Part shown: piece after piece, positions 1-11,600 of the stretch
How the letters are laid out: every line of letters starts with the position of its first letter
Position numbering within the stretch: the stretch's first letter is position 1
Source: Rhodospirillales bacterium
GTDB taxonomy: Bacteria > Pseudomonadota > Alphaproteobacteria > Bin95
Direction of reading: 5' to 3'
DNA length: 64,000 nucleotides
NCBI GenBank assembly: GCA_038143065.1
Contig: JAYQLI010000035.1
Coordinates: forward strand, 448,001 to 512,000
Position numbers and translations under genes: made by a program
Notes under the pieces: model-generated
The model's database searches: none
What the model was told of the DNA's origin: nothing
Seen by the model: the letters and a program-made list of their open reading frames with translations, nothing else

Positions 1-499
1 GAGCTGCGTTCTGCAGGGGGACGATAGCCAAGGTGAGTTCTATTCGGTTGCAATCGCGAACAACATGCAACAGGCCGATACTGGAACTAAAATGATCCAT
101 ATGGGCAAACGTACGCGCTCTCGCATTATCTCCAAGGGGATTTCTGCTGGTCGCGCTCAGAATAGTTATCGTGGGCTGGTGAAAATGTTGCCTTCTGCTG
201 ACAAAGGCAGAAATTTTACCCAGTGTGACTCACTCCTTATAGGCGATAAATGCGGCGCGCATACGTTCCCATACATTGAGAGTCAGAACCGGTCTGCGCG
301 AGTTGAGCACGAGGCAACTACGTCAAAAATTAGTGAAGACCAGTTATTTTATTGTCGGCAGCGTGGCATTGGTGAGGAAGAAGCCGTTGCGCTAGTCGTT
401 AATGGTTTTTGTCGAGAAGTATTGCAGCAACTTCCAATGGAGTTTGCGGTTGAGGCGCAAAAGCTTGTTGGAATTAGTCTTGAAGGTTCGGTGGGTTAA
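1..499 (+). CDS. sufB: Fe-S cluster assembly protein SufB (5'-truncated by window edge)
   Basis: C-terminal SufB motifs [42 protein letters not shown]; first gene of suf operon. Confidence 0.96.
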   Translation, partial: SCVLQGDDSQGEFYSVAIANNMQQADTGTKMIHMGKRTRSRIISKGISAGRAQNSYRGLVKMLPSADKGRNFTQCDSLLIGDKCGAHTFPYIESQNRSARVEHEATTSKISEDQLFYCRQRGIGEEEAVALVVNGFCREVLQQLPMEFAVEAQKLVGISLEGSVG

Positions 500-503
500 A
501 ACA

Positions 504-1256
504 ATGCTTGAGATCAATGATCTACGGGTAAGCGTAGAGGGTAAACAAATTCTGAAGGGCTTGAACCTATCGGTGCCAGCTGGTGAGGTCCATGCAATTA
601 TGGGCCCGAATGGAGCGGGAAAATCAACTCTAGCTTACGCTTTAGCAGGGCGAGACGGTTACGAGCATGAAGGTGGTTCAGCAAAGCTGCTTGGGAATAG
701 CATTATCGGATTAGATCCAGAGGATAGGGCCGCTTTGGGCCTCTTCCTTGCATTCCAGTATCCGGTTGAAATTCCAGGCGTTGCAGGAATGACATTCTTA
801 AAAACTGCTCTGAACTCTATGCGAGTTGCGAGAGGCCAAGAAGAATTGTCAGCCCTCGACTTTTTGAAGCTTGTTAGAGAAAGGTTGAAGAGCCTTGGAA
901 TAGACGAGGCTATGCTAAAGCGTCCGGTGAATGTTGGATTTTCTGGCGGTGAAAAAAAACGCAACGAAGTTTTACAGATGGCAATGCTTGAGCCAAAATT
1001 CTGTGTTCTCGATGAAACAGATAGTGGTCTTGATATCGATGCTCTCAAAGTTGTGGCGGATGGTGTCAATGCTCTCAGGTCTCCAGAACGTGGCATGCTA
1101 GTCATCACCCATTATCAGCGATTATTGGATTACATTAAGCCTAATCGAGTGCATGTCCTTGCTTCTGGCCAAATAGTAAAGTCTGGTGGTCCGGAACTAG
1201 CGCTGCAGCTTGAAGCAGAGGGTTATGGAGAGCTGTTAAAAGAGACTGCAGCATGA
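504..1256 (+). CDS. sufC: Fe-S cluster assembly ATPase SufC
   Basis: GPNGAGKST Walker A, FLAFQYPVEIPGV, GFSGGEKKRNE, LDETDSGLDIDAL; ATG at 504 (MLEIND) preferred over 402. Confidence 0.97.
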   Translation: MLEINDLRVSVEGKQILKGLNLSVPAGEVHAIMGPNGAGKSTLAYALAGRDGYEHEGGSAKLLGNSIIGLDPEDRAALGLFLAFQYPVEIPGVAGMTFLKTALNSMRVARGQEELSALDFLKLVRERLKSLGIDEAMLKRPVNVGFSGGEKKRNEVLQMAMLEPKFCVLDETDSGLDIDALKVVADGVNALRSPERGMLVITHYQRLLDYIKPNRVHVLASGQIVKSGGPELALQLEAEGYGELLKETAA

Positions 1257-2542
1257 GTGCTGGTTTACAGACTTCAGGCCCAGGGGTGGATGCATTTCGC
1301 ACTGCTTTTCGCCAGCCCTCTGAGGAACCTCTATGGCTATCCCAATTTAGGCTTTCTCAAACAGAACAATTTTCACACTCAGGTTTGCCAACTACGAAGG
1401 ATGAAGGTTGGAAATACACTAGTTTGAGACCTCTGGCTCGAGCAAAATATCAGATCGTTGAAGCCTGTGAGGGAGGTTCTGTATCGCCTGTCTTGGAAGG
1501 GGCTGCGCAAGCGGTCTTCGTCAACGGTTATTTTAGAGCAGAGGCGTCAGATATCTCTGGTCTTGAGCAGTTTCTTGGGCCGTTCAATGGTTTCTTAAAA
1601 GAGCCGTGGTTGGAAGCCTTAATCACAGACACGTCCTTTAAATATCAAACGATGTACTCCTTAAACGCCGCCGCTTTTAACGATGGGTTTGCGTTGAAAC
1701 TGGGGGCGGAGCAACAGCTTCCAAGGCCTCTTGAGCTTGTTTTTCTCTCAGTTCCTGGTGATGTGCCAGGGATGTGGCATCCGCGCGTTGCTATTGAGCT
1801 TGGTGCGAACGCTTCGGCGACTGTCATTGAGCGCCATCTATCAATTGGGGAGGGGGCTTATTTAGCAAATCATGCTGCCGACATACGGGTAGGTAAAAAT
1901 GCTCGGTTAGTGCATGTTAAGATACAAGACGAAGGATCTGATGGGCGACATCTTTCGATGACGCGGGTAAAAGTTGGAGAGAAATCTTTATATGATGGTT
2001 TTACCCTAACTTTAGGCGGGGCTTTAAGTCGTAGCGAGACGGAGGCACGCATTGAGGGAGTGGGAGCTGAAGTTCGCTTAAACGGCGCATACTCTATTAC
2101 CGGTAAACAGCATGCTGATCACACCAGTCGTATTAACCATTTAGCTCAAGGTACTAGATCACGCCAAGTTTATGCAGGCGCGATAGATGGAAATGGCCGC
2201 GGCGTTTTTCAAGGCCATATTGTTGTTGAACAGGCAGCGCAGCAAACTGATGGCTACCAGATGAATAGAGCTCTGCTTTTATCTGATACCGCAGAAATTG
2301 ATTCTAAGCCCACTCTCGAGATTTATGCTGACGATGTAAAATGTAGTCATGGCGCAACAGCGGGCGATATTGATGAAGACCACCTGTTTTACTTAAGGGC
2401 GCGGGGTATTCCAGCACCAGCTGCTCGAAGTCTTGTTGTGCGCGGGTTTTTAGCCGATCCCGTTGAAAATATTTCTGACGATGATGCGAGGGCAACTGTT
2501 CTCGATGTACTCGATGCTCATCTCGGATTGGAACGCTTATGA
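1253..2542 (+). CDS. sufD: Fe-S cluster assembly protein SufD
   Basis: LPTTKDEGWKYT, KPTLEIYADDVKCSHGAT, FYLRARGI; ATGA overlap with sufC. Confidence 0.95.
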   Translation: MSAGLQTSGPGVDAFRTAFRQPSEEPLWLSQFRLSQTEQFSHSGLPTTKDEGWKYTSLRPLARAKYQIVEACEGGSVSPVLEGAAQAVFVNGYFRAEASDISGLEQFLGPFNGFLKEPWLEALITDTSFKYQTMYSLNAAAFNDGFALKLGAEQQLPRPLELVFLSVPGDVPGMWHPRVAIELGANASATVIERHLSIGEGAYLANHAADIRVGKNARLVHVKIQDEGSDGRHLSMTRVKVGEKSLYDGFTLTLGGALSRSETEARIEGVGAEVRLNGAYSITGKQHADHTSRINHLAQGTRSRQVYAGAIDGNGRGVFQGHIVVEQAAQQTDGYQMNRALLLSDTAEIDSKPTLEIYADDVKCSHGATAGDIDEDHLFYLRARGIPAPAARSLVVRGFLADPVENISDDDARATVLDVLDAHLGLERL

Positions 2543-3783
2543 TTAATCCTGAAAAGATTTCAAAAACTAATTTTAACGTTGACGCTATTCGCGCTGATTT
2601 TCCAATTTTGCATCAACAGATGAATGGTCATGACCTCGTATTTTTAGATACAGGGGCAAGCGCTCAGAAGCCAAAACAGGTTATTGAGGCCATGGTGAGC
2701 GTGATGCAGAAAGATTACGCTAATGTTCATAGGGGGGTTTATTCACTATCTCAGCGGTCCACAGACCTTTTCGAAGCTTCGCGAGAGAAGGTTGCGCGCT
2801 TCATAAATGCGCCGAATGAGGATTCTGTGGTATTTACCCGAGGGGCTACCGAGGCGATAAATCTGGTAGCTTTCTCGTATGGGCAAAGAATAGGCCCCGG
2901 TGACGAAATCTTAACAACCGAAATTGAGCATCATTCCAATATTGTCCCTTGGCAAATGATTGCTGAACGCCAAGGAGCCAAGGTTGTTTTCGCGCCAATT
3001 ACAGATGATGGCGAATTAGATATGGAGGCGGTAAGAGCCCTTATTACAAATCGGACCAAGATTGTTGCCGCGGCCCATGTTTCCAACACAATGGGTACTG
3101 TTTTAGCGATAAAGGAACTAGCAGAACTAGCTCATAGGGTAGGGGCAGTAATGATTGCGGATGGATGTCAGGCAGCTCCGCACTTACCCGTCGATGTACA
3201 AGATCTCAACGTCGATTTCTATGCTTTTTCTAGTCATAAAGTTTATGGCCCGACTGGAATTGGAGTTTTGTATGGGCGTCCTGAGATCTTGAAAGATATG
3301 CCTCCATACCAAGGAGGTGGCGAAATGATCGAAACAGTCGAAAAGACTGGTTCTACCTTTAAGTTGCCGCCACATCGCTTTGAGGCTGGTACCCCTGCAA
3401 TTGTAGAGGCCGTTGGATTTGGAGCGGCAATTGACTATGTTACGTCGGTTGGCATTGAGGCAGCTGGAGCGCATGAAACGGAAGTTTGTGCTCATGCTGA
3501 AAAACTTCTTCGTTCAATGCCAGAAGTTGAAATTTTAGGGCGGCCAAATTCTAAAACATCGGTTTTATCCTTCAATGTTAAAGGTGCACACGCTCACGAT
3601 GTTGGGACGATCTTGGATCAACAGGGTGTTGCTATTCGTGCTGGTCAACATTGCGCTCAAACTGTAATGGATCGATTTGGTCTACATGCGACAGCAAGGG
3701 CAAGTTTTGGGATGTACAATACCTTGGCTGAAGCTGAAGCATTAGCGAGAGCTGTCTCCAAAACAATTGAAATTTTTGGGTGA
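2539..3783 (+). CDS. sufS: Cysteine desulfurase SufS
   Basis: LDTGASAQKP, ANVHRG, SSHKVYGPTGIG (PLP Lys), RAGQHCAQ (catalytic Cys). Confidence 0.96.
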   Translation: MINPEKISKTNFNVDAIRADFPILHQQMNGHDLVFLDTGASAQKPKQVIEAMVSVMQKDYANVHRGVYSLSQRSTDLFEASREKVARFINAPNEDSVVFTRGATEAINLVAFSYGQRIGPGDEILTTEIEHHSNIVPWQMIAERQGAKVVFAPITDDGELDMEAVRALITNRTKIVAAAHVSNTMGTVLAIKELAELAHRVGAVMIADGCQAAPHLPVDVQDLNVDFYAFSSHKVYGPTGIGVLYGRPEILKDMPPYQGGGEMIETVEKTGSTFKLPPHRFEAGTPAIVEAVGFGAAIDYVTSVGIEAAGAHETEVCAHAEKLLRSMPEVEILGRPNSKTSVLSFNVKGAHAHDVGTILDQQGVAIRAGQHCAQTVMDRFGLHATARASFGMYNTLAEAEALARAVSKTIEIFG

Positions 3784-3793
3784 GTTCAAACCA

Positions 3794-4219
3794 ATGAGTG
3801 ACCGTATGGATAGACCGTTTCCCATGTTTCATGACATGGATATCCCAGGCGTCGGAAGCGATCCTTCGGAGTTTAGAGCTAACCGAGGGGCACCTCTGCC
3901 AGAGGGACGGCCCGTTGGCAGCAGAGATGACGCTATTGCAGCCTTAAAAACAGTTTATGATCCTGAAATTCCTGTCGATATATGGGAATTAGGGCTCATT
4001 TATGAGATCGATATTGATGAAGCTACTGGTGGGGTAAATATTGAGATGACTCTCACTGCTCCTGGGTGTCCAGTGGCTGGTGAAATGCCAGGTATGGTAG
4101 CAGACGCACTTGTAGCTGTTCCGGGTTTCGGTGAAATCGAAGTTACTTTAACATTCGACCCGCCATGGACAGCAGAACTTATGTCCGATGAAGCTCGGGT
4201 TGCCCTTGATTGGTTCTAA
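3794..4219 (+). CDS. sufT: SUF system Fe-S assembly protein, DUF59/SufT (MIP18) family
   Basis: VYDPEIPVDIWELGLIY, MTLTAPGCPVA, FDPPW motifs; follows sufS. Confidence 0.88.
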   Translation: MSDRMDRPFPMFHDMDIPGVGSDPSEFRANRGAPLPEGRPVGSRDDAIAALKTVYDPEIPVDIWELGLIYEIDIDEATGGVNIEMTLTAPGCPVAGEMPGMVADALVAVPGFGEIEVTLTFDPPWTAELMSDEARVALDWF

Positions 4220-4233
4220 AAGGTTATAGTCGT

Positions 4234-4611
4234 ATGAACGAACGTCCCCCAATGATTTCTCTTACCGAGACTGCTGTAGCGCGTGTAAAGGAGCTTGTGT
4301 CCCAAAGTTCAGAACCGGTTCTTGGGCTCCGAATTGGGGTTTCAGCCCGCGGATGCTCGGGACTATCGTACTCTGTTGAGTATGCCTCTGAGGCAAAGCG
4401 CTTTGAAGAAATAATAGAGCAGGATGGAGTTAAAGTATTAATCGATCCCGCTGCAGTAATGTTCTTAATTGGGTCTGTTGTTGACTATGAGGAGAGTAAA
4501 TTCACTTCTGGCTTTACATTTAATAACCCAAACGCTGTGGGTGCCTGCGGATGTGGCGAAAGTTTTTACGTTGAAAAAGAGCAACTATCGAGTCAGACTA
4601 GCAAATCTTAA
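4234..4611 (+). CDS. sufA: A-type Fe-S carrier (SufA/IscA, HesB family)
   Basis: GCSGLSY and FNNPNA..CGCGESF motifs; end of suf operon. Confidence 0.9.
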   Translation: MNERPPMISLTETAVARVKELVSQSSEPVLGLRIGVSARGCSGLSYSVEYASEAKRFEEIIEQDGVKVLIDPAAVMFLIGSVVDYEESKFTSGFTFNNPNAVGACGCGESFYVEKEQLSSQTSKS

Positions 4612-4630
4612 AACATAAAGTGTTTAATTA

Positions 4631-5836
4631 TTATACTGTTCCTCGGGCCAGCGCTTCCGCTTCCTCAGGTGTGTATCCAAGTTCACCGAATATCTCTGTT
4701 TGATCTGCCGCAAGGGATGGAGCAGGTTCCGCTCTGGGTTTGTTATCGGGCTGACGAACTCCAGTGCCGATCGATTTTATGCTAAGACCGTTCGAAGTTT
4801 TGTATTGGATTATCTGACCAGTTGTATTCAAAAATTCACTGTCAAGCGCCTGAGCAACATTATTGACAGGTGCTGCGGGAACTGTTCCTGCAAATATTTT
4901 CATCCATTTGGCAGTTGTTTTGGTCGATAATACCTCATCTAACAATTCTGTGATGAGGTCACGGTTACTCAGTCGGTCTGAAAAAGACGCAAATCTTGGG
5001 TCGTTACCCCATTCTGGATGTTCAATGCAGTTGCAGAGAACGGGCCAGAATTTTTCCTTGTTGCACATCAGAAAGATCCAACCATCCTGTGTCTTATATA
5101 GTTGGCTGGGCACTAAATTGGGGTGGGCGGACCGTTTCTCACGTCCAATCATTTCATCGAGATTTAAATACCAAGAACCGGCGTAGCAAAGGTTGGTCAT
5201 AGCTACGTCGTACAAGGAAACATCGAAGTCTCCTCCTTGACCACTCGCTCTTGCCCCTAAAACTCCAGATACCAGTGCTAGGGCTGCCTGAAGGCCGGTC
5301 GAGAGATCAACAATAGATAGCCCCATCCGAGATGGAGGACCACCTTTTTCTCCAGTTACGGAAAGGTATCCACATTCTGCCTGCATTAGAAAATCGTACC
5401 CAGGCCAATCTGCCCTAGGCCCTTCACGTCCATAAGCAGATAGATGCACGCATACGAGGCGAGGATTTACTTTTTTTAGACTCTCGTAAGTAAGTCCCAA
5501 CTTGGCTGGTATGTCTCCCCGAAGATTATTGAAGACAGCATCTGCTGTGGCGGCTAAGCGACGGAGTGCTTCCTGGCCAGATTCAGTTTTTAAATTAAGG
5601 CATGTAGACCGCTTGCCTCGGTTGAAGGATTGAAAAAAGAGACTGTCGCCACTTGGAAGGACTTCATTAGCATGTCTTACATGTCGTCCTACGTCACCTC
5701 CATCAACAGCATTTTCAACTTTGATAACCTCCGCTCCAAGGTCAGCAAGCTGCATGGTACTATGGGGTCCGGCACCATATTGCTCTACTGCAATAATGCG
5801 AATGCCTTTCAATGGTCCACTGGACGGTTTGCTCAT
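4631..5836 (-). CDS. CaiB/BaiF family (class III) CoA transferase
   Basis: PLKGIRII, LADLGAEVIKVE, NRGKRS, PGYDFLMQAECG. Confidence 0.92.
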   Translation of the reverse strand: MSKPSSGPLKGIRIIAVEQYGAGPHSTMQLADLGAEVIKVENAVDGGDVGRHVRHANEVLPSGDSLFFQSFNRGKRSTCLNLKTESGQEALRRLAATADAVFNNLRGDIPAKLGLTYESLKKVNPRLVCVHLSAYGREGPRADWPGYDFLMQAECGYLSVTGEKGGPPSRMGLSIVDLSTGLQAALALVSGVLGARASGQGGDFDVSLYDVAMTNLCYAGSWYLNLDEMIGREKRSAHPNLVPSQLYKTQDGWIFLMCNKEKFWPVLCNCIEHPEWGNDPRFASFSDRLSNRDLITELLDEVLSTKTTAKWMKIFAGTVPAAPVNNVAQALDSEFLNTTGQIIQYKTSNGLSIKSIGTGVRQPDNKPRAEPAPSLAADQTEIFGELGYTPEEAEALARGTV

Positions 5837-7005
5837 ATTGGGTTTCTCTCAATGAGCTGGCGAGCAATTAGAATTTTTTGTAGCTCATTTGTTCCCTCTC
5901 CAATGGTGAGGAGAGGAGCATCACGATAAAAACGTTCAACTGGGAATTCTTTGGAATACCCATAACCGCCATGAACGCGCATTGACTCCATGGAATTGGT
6001 GAGTGCGGCTTCGGTCGCAAAGAGCTTTGCCATTCCAGCTTCCATATCGCAGCGTTCGCCTCGATCAAATGCTTCCGCTGCTGCACGGGTTAGGTGTCTT
6101 GCGGCTTCTACATTGGTAGCCATGTCTGCAAGTTTTATTTGGATTGCTTGATGCTGGGAAATGGGTTTACCAAAGGTCTCACGCTGTTGGCTGTACTTTA
6201 CGGCTTCTTTCATAGCAGCTGATGCCACGCCTACACCGCGAGCAGCAATGTTTATGCGTCCAAGTTCAAGTCCGCCAAGCGCGTGCCGAAGGCCTAGTCC
6301 TTCCTGGCCGCCAATTAACCTATCTGCATGGATCTTGAAGTCTTCGAATACTAATTCAGCGGAATCAATGCCTTTATAACCAAGCTTTTCTAATTTTCGA
6401 GATACGCTAAATCCTTCACCTTTTTCAGCTAAAAATAAGCTTGTGCCTGCGTGTCTAGGCTGTTTCTCTGGGTCAGTTTTTACGAGAAGTGCAAAAACCG
6501 TTCCATGTATACCGTTAGAAATCCAAGTTTTTGTTCCATTAACTACGTAATGATCTCCATCTCTTTTAGCAACTGTTCGAATTGCTTGGAGATCGGTTCC
6601 ACAATTAGGTTCGGTGAGGGCTAGACCTCCACGAATTTCTCCAGTGGCAAACTTAGGCAACCACTCGCGTTTTTGTTCCTCAGTTCCGTGACGAATAACT
6701 GCTGAAGCCATGATTAAGTGAGAATTAAAAATGCCAGACAAGGACATCCAAACTTCAGATACAGTCTCAACAATCTTGGCATAAGTTGTTGTTGGTAAAC
6801 CAAGACCACCATACTCTTGGGGTATAATTGCTCCAAAAAGGCCAAGCGCCTTCATGCCTTCAACCATGTCAACGGGGTATTCATCGGCATGTTCTAAAGC
6901 CATGGCATAAGGACGAACGTCTCTATCTAGAAACTTATTAATGGCTTCTAAAATTTGTCGCTCATCTTCTGCTGTAATTCCATTGTGGGCCGGTGTGGAG
7001 CTCAT
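5833..7005 (-). CDS. Acyl-CoA dehydrogenase
   Basis: LALTEPNCGTD, NGTKTWISNG, RETFGKPI, HGGYGYSKEFPVERFYRDA, IGEGTNE; start 7005 or 7026. Confidence 0.93.
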   Translation of the reverse strand: MSSTPAHNGITAEDERQILEAINKFLDRDVRPYAMALEHADEYPVDMVEGMKALGLFGAIIPQEYGGLGLPTTTYAKIVETVSEVWMSLSGIFNSHLIMASAVIRHGTEEQKREWLPKFATGEIRGGLALTEPNCGTDLQAIRTVAKRDGDHYVVNGTKTWISNGIHGTVFALLVKTDPEKQPRHAGTSLFLAEKGEGFSVSRKLEKLGYKGIDSAELVFEDFKIHADRLIGGQEGLGLRHALGGLELGRINIAARGVGVASAAMKEAVKYSQQRETFGKPISQHQAIQIKLADMATNVEAARHLTRAAAEAFDRGERCDMEAGMAKLFATEAALTNSMESMRVHGGYGYSKEFPVERFYRDAPLLTIGEGTNELQKILIARQLIERNPI

Positions 7006-7098
7006 TTTTAATGTTAGCCTTTCCATTCATGCAGCTAAAAAAGGTACCAAGGTTTAGGTTCTTTTTGTGTGAATTTATACTTAAGAATCATAGGTCTA

Positions 7099-7131
7099 AA
7101 AAATTATAGAACCAGACAAAGCTTGGTTCTA
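7099..7131 (-). terminator. Probable intrinsic terminator after the aminotransferase gene
   Basis: Stem TAGAACCA(7107-7114)/TGGTTCTA(7124-7131) followed on the minus strand by TAATTTTTT. Confidence 0.45.
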
Positions 7132-7141
7132 AAATATTAAG

Positions 7142-8518
7142 CTAATGAGGAATGTCTTCTTCTTGCAAAAGAACAAGAGACTGTCGAAACGCCAAAACTG
7201 TTTCCTCTAATTCTCTGTCTGTATGCGATGCCGAAATAGTGCCTCCCGGCCAACCATTGAAATCAACACCATTTAACAACATTGCCTGTCTTAATTTTTG
7301 TACTACGCCTGGTGCGTTTCCTTTCAATTCCATAAATGGAATGGACAGAGCATTAAAAGTTCCTGGTGATACGGATCGGTTTGCAGGATTTGTAAAAATG
7401 TGAATGGTTGAGTGTTCTCCATAAGCGGCCCAATTTAGTCCGGCTTGGGCAATTTCTTGATTAAGCCTTTGGCGTAAACAAGAACCAAATAAATTAGCCT
7501 TTTCGCATATTCCATCAGTTTCAATTATTTTCAGCGCTGCGATCCCAGCAGCCGCGGCAACCGGGTTTGCGTTGTAGGTTCCTTGGTGGCCTATTTTTTC
7601 GAAACCTTTTGACGCGGCAGCCTCAAAATCTAACAATTCAAATATATCTGCTCTGCCAGCAACTGCGCCGCCTGGTAATCCACCTGCAACAATCTTAGCA
7701 AAGGTTGCTAGATCAGGTGTGACGCCAGCTTCTGCTTGCGCGCCGCCAGGAGAGACACGAAACCCAGTCACAACCTCATCAAAAATTAAAAGTGTGTCTG
7801 CAGATTTTGTTTCATCACGTAAAAAGCTCAGGAAACCTGGTGCTACAGGCACCATTCCTGTTGAAGAACCAGTTGGTTCAAGAATTACAGCAGCAATATC
7901 ATCTGATGAAAGTGCTGCGATCACCCCAGCTTTATCGTTTGGGTCAACTAGTATGACATTTTCCGCTATCCCATTTATGACGCCTGTTGTTGGTGTCCCA
8001 TCAAAATGATTGGCCTGACCTGGGGCCATATGGTCATTCCAACCGTGAAAATGCGTGCGGAAACGCAAGATTTTGGAGCGATTGGTATAAGCTCGCGCTA
8101 AGCGAACGGCCATTAATGTCGCTTCAGTTCCAGATGAAGTGAATCGTACTTTTTCAGCGCATGGAACCATGCGAATGATTTGCTCTGCCCATTCAATCTC
8201 TAACGCATGACTTGCGCCAAAATGTGTACCTTTACCGTAAGCGTTTTGAACTGCAGCTGCCACGCTGGGATGATTGTGGCCAAGGATTAACGCGCCATGG
8301 CCGCCAAAGTAATCAATGTACTCATTGCCATCTACATCCCATTTTCTTGGTCCTTCTGCATGTTCAATGTAAATGCCGTAAGGATTCATATGACGGGAAT
8401 CATGAGTTATTACGCTCGGGAATACATGCTTGGCTTTCGCAGCAAGTGCTGCCGAGCCTTGAGTCTTGCTGCGATATGCTGACTCAATTCTTGAATTAGA
8501 CAAGATTGATGTACTCAT
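7142..8518 (-). CDS. Class III PLP aminotransferase, glutamate-1-semialdehyde aminomutase-like
   Basis: WDVDGNEYID, RFTSSGTEA, LIFDEVVTGFR, FAKIVAGGLP, GTYNANP. Confidence 0.88.
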   Translation of the reverse strand: MSTSILSNSRIESAYRSKTQGSAALAAKAKHVFPSVITHDSRHMNPYGIYIEHAEGPRKWDVDGNEYIDYFGGHGALILGHNHPSVAAAVQNAYGKGTHFGASHALEIEWAEQIIRMVPCAEKVRFTSSGTEATLMAVRLARAYTNRSKILRFRTHFHGWNDHMAPGQANHFDGTPTTGVINGIAENVILVDPNDKAGVIAALSSDDIAAVILEPTGSSTGMVPVAPGFLSFLRDETKSADTLLIFDEVVTGFRVSPGGAQAEAGVTPDLATFAKIVAGGLPGGAVAGRADIFELLDFEAAASKGFEKIGHQGTYNANPVAAAAGIAALKIIETDGICEKANLFGSCLRQRLNQEIAQAGLNWAAYGEHSTIHIFTNPANRSVSPGTFNALSIPFMELKGNAPGVVQKLRQAMLLNGVDFNGWPGGTISASHTDRELEETVLAFRQSLVLLQEEDIPH

Positions 8519-8603
8519 GAAGACCTCGCTCTATTCCGTCTCAACCAGATTCAGTAATTAAAAGACATTTCCGGATCATCTTAACCGAAAAACAATCGTT
8601 TTG

Positions 8604-11600
8604 TCAGTTTGGAAATTCGGGAGGTGGCGATGGTGGTGAGGGCTCGTCTTGGGTACTCGTAGGGGCCGGTAAAACATCTCGCAAAATACCAGGGGCAAAA
8701 GTGCTTAGGGTACTGATTGTAAATTCTGGATCTTCCAATGGGCCAAATGCTCTGTAATTTGTGGCAAAAATTCCTTCTTCTCCTGTTCCTGTAACTATTT
8801 GGCGAAGAAGGGGAAGTTGATCAAAAAGAGGTAAGCTATCGATTGTTCGAGTGATTACATAGGCTGGAGATATTGCTCCCTCAATTTCAAAAGTGTCGTT
8901 GCGAATATCAATTTCACCTTTTGCAGAGATTGCTAATGCGTTTCCTTCAGCTCTTCCACTTTTAATTTCTATAAGTCCCAACTTGTATGTACCGTCGAGC
9001 TCCAGGTGGTCAAAACGTATTGCGTCTCCGCCATCAATTATTGAAAGGAGAAGGGTGCCTGTTAATCCTCCAACATTTCGAAGCTCTGATAGTAAGCTGG
9101 TGTCATCGTCTCCAATTAGTTTTCGGATTGCTGTTTTTTTAAAGTCAAATTCATCTGCTTTGAAATTTATTTTTAAATTCGCGTTTTCATTTTCCTCTAT
9201 AGTGAGGAGTGCAGTTCCCGCCTCCGCGGCCGAAGTTATTCCCATGGCATCAAGCAATCGACCAAAGTTACTTGCACTGATTAGGACTGCTGGAGGATTG
9301 CTCGGCAGTGAACTTGCTTTAATAACGCCTCCTTTATAATAGGCTTCAGCATCAAGAAATTTAGGCAGTCTAGGGTCATCCAAGAAAACTACATGCACGT
9401 CATCGATTGAAAAGTTTTCAGAGACCCTCACGCGATCAAGATCAATTTCAATCGTGTGGTCGCCTTCAAAGTTTTCAGGTTTTTTTTCTCTTGATCGATT
9501 TGTTTCTTCATAGAGATCACTGGCCGGTAATCGAAACTTTTTCCCCAAATTCTCGTGCGCTCTTTACCATCTGATGATGCTATAAAATTCATCTTAAGAT
9601 TATGGCCGAGGCCCACTAGCCGGCTAATCTCTGCAACTTTTATTGAGTTATTTTCTTTTTGAAATTCTACTCGTGCAGATAAATCGAAGTCTTGCGAAGA
9701 AAGTTGAATATCTTCCAGTTTCTCAAGTTTACCATTGTTCAGCATCAAAACAGCACGGAAATTACCAGGGACCTTGGGCTCTTTATGATAGCCAAGTTTT
9801 TCTATGGAAACTTCGGAAGGTTCGATATCCGCTTCAATTTTAATCTCCATACGATCATCTTTTGCAGCAATGACATTAAAATTTGTGGGACTTAGGCCCT
9901 TAACCATATCTTTTAAAATGGATGCTTGATCGCTAAGGGCACTCCTAACTTTTTCGTCGAGTAACCAAGTGCCATTAAAAAGACTTTTCTGATTCTTTGA
10001 GTCAAAAGGTATAAAACCGTCAAACTTGATCGGGGCTTCTAATAGTTGGCCTTTCCCCGCTAGTCGCAGGTCATCCTGATTTACTGAAATATTTAATATT
10101 TCAGCAGTTAAATCCCAACCGTTTATGCTTCTAGGAAAAAGACCATTCGATACCTCACCATCCGCAGAAATCGCGACATCACTTAAGGTAAGGTCCTTTT
10201 TTAATGGGAAAGAAATTTTAAGTTCGCCCTTTACCAAGCCATCGGTTTCTTCGGCTTTAACCCCTAACCAACTTGCATATCGAAGAGGATCCGCTTCCAG
10301 AACATGTAATAAATCTGGTATGGGCCCAGTAATATTGCCAACTATGGACAATGCGCTGTTTGCACTTCCGAGTTCAGTAAATTTTAAGTCTATTTTATTG
10401 GAGGTCTGCTCGCTACTGGTGGCCGCATTTACGTGAAGGTCTAGCGTATCACCTTCAAAATACCCGGTGCCACTTACTTCTGTAGCTACAGGCATCGGCT
10501 CCCAGTAACGTACAGTGAGGCTTTCTGCCGAAAAGCTACCTGAAACCTTCGCCGGCTGGTTGTTTGTTTTGCTGATACTGAAGTTACTGTTTGTAACTTT
10601 GCCTAAAGATAGATTTTCTTTCACCCAGAGACGGCCGCCACTTGCTAGGTTCTGAGGCCATATTTTGGATAATTTTTCTACAGGAAAACTTCCGGTTTGA
10701 ATATTTCCCAAGAAACCAAAAAGATTTCCATTTTTTCCAAGTTTTAGATTGGCTTCACCCTGAGCATCTATGCCAGAAATAATTGATTTTACGTCGTAAA
10801 CTAAAATTGAATTAGAATTTGCGTCGAATTGGAGCTTGGCTTCAGTTTCGGTGAATTCGATTTTTTCACTAAATTCTTTTGAATTCGTATATTGGCCATA
10901 TGCTTGAATACGGCTACGTGCAGTCGTCAATTTGTTTTCTGAGATACCGAAATTGAAGTCAGCTTTGATATTTCCACCCAGACCACTTAACTGTTGATTG
11001 TCGACGTCTAGAATGTTGAGAAAATATTGAATATTGCCGCTTTTGACTTGGCCAATAATATCGTAGGTACCTGATTTTTGGGCACTGTTGTTTTGGATGA
11101 TATTAGCTTCCAGAACAACATCAGAAAGTTCTTTGCCCAATTTGAGGCTTTTTACAACTATCTGCCCGGCTCCAAAATCAGCTGATATTTCAGCTGAAGC
11201 ATCACCAACTGCTATTTTTTCTTCCCTCAGGCAGGAATAGATGAGTACTTAGTGTTGAGATGGATGCATTGGCGGTTGAGCCGTTCAAATCCTGGTCAAA
11301 GTCAAATCGCACATCACCTGAGATTTTTCCCGTGAATTCTCCAAGTTTATAATCGAGGAGACGACCTACTTGTGAAACAGAACCTAAGTCATTGTTGTTT
11401 AGACTAACGGTAAAAAAGCCGCCTTTTCCTTTGGATAGAGACACAGTGGCTTTCAGAGGACCTGAAGGAATATCTAGATTTGGGACAATATCTGTCCAAA
11501 ACACTATGTGTTCGGGTGTTAGCGTGAGTCCTAAATTTGTTTTTGCAGAGAATAATTCATCGTTTGTAGTCTCATCAACGACTGTTAACGATGCTTCTTC

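Noticed and set aside
7142-8518. Assignment as hemL
   Set aside because: Family motifs are present but diverge (HFHGWND, FAKIVAGG), the context is catabolic, and Alphaproteobacteria generally make ALA by the Shemin pathway.
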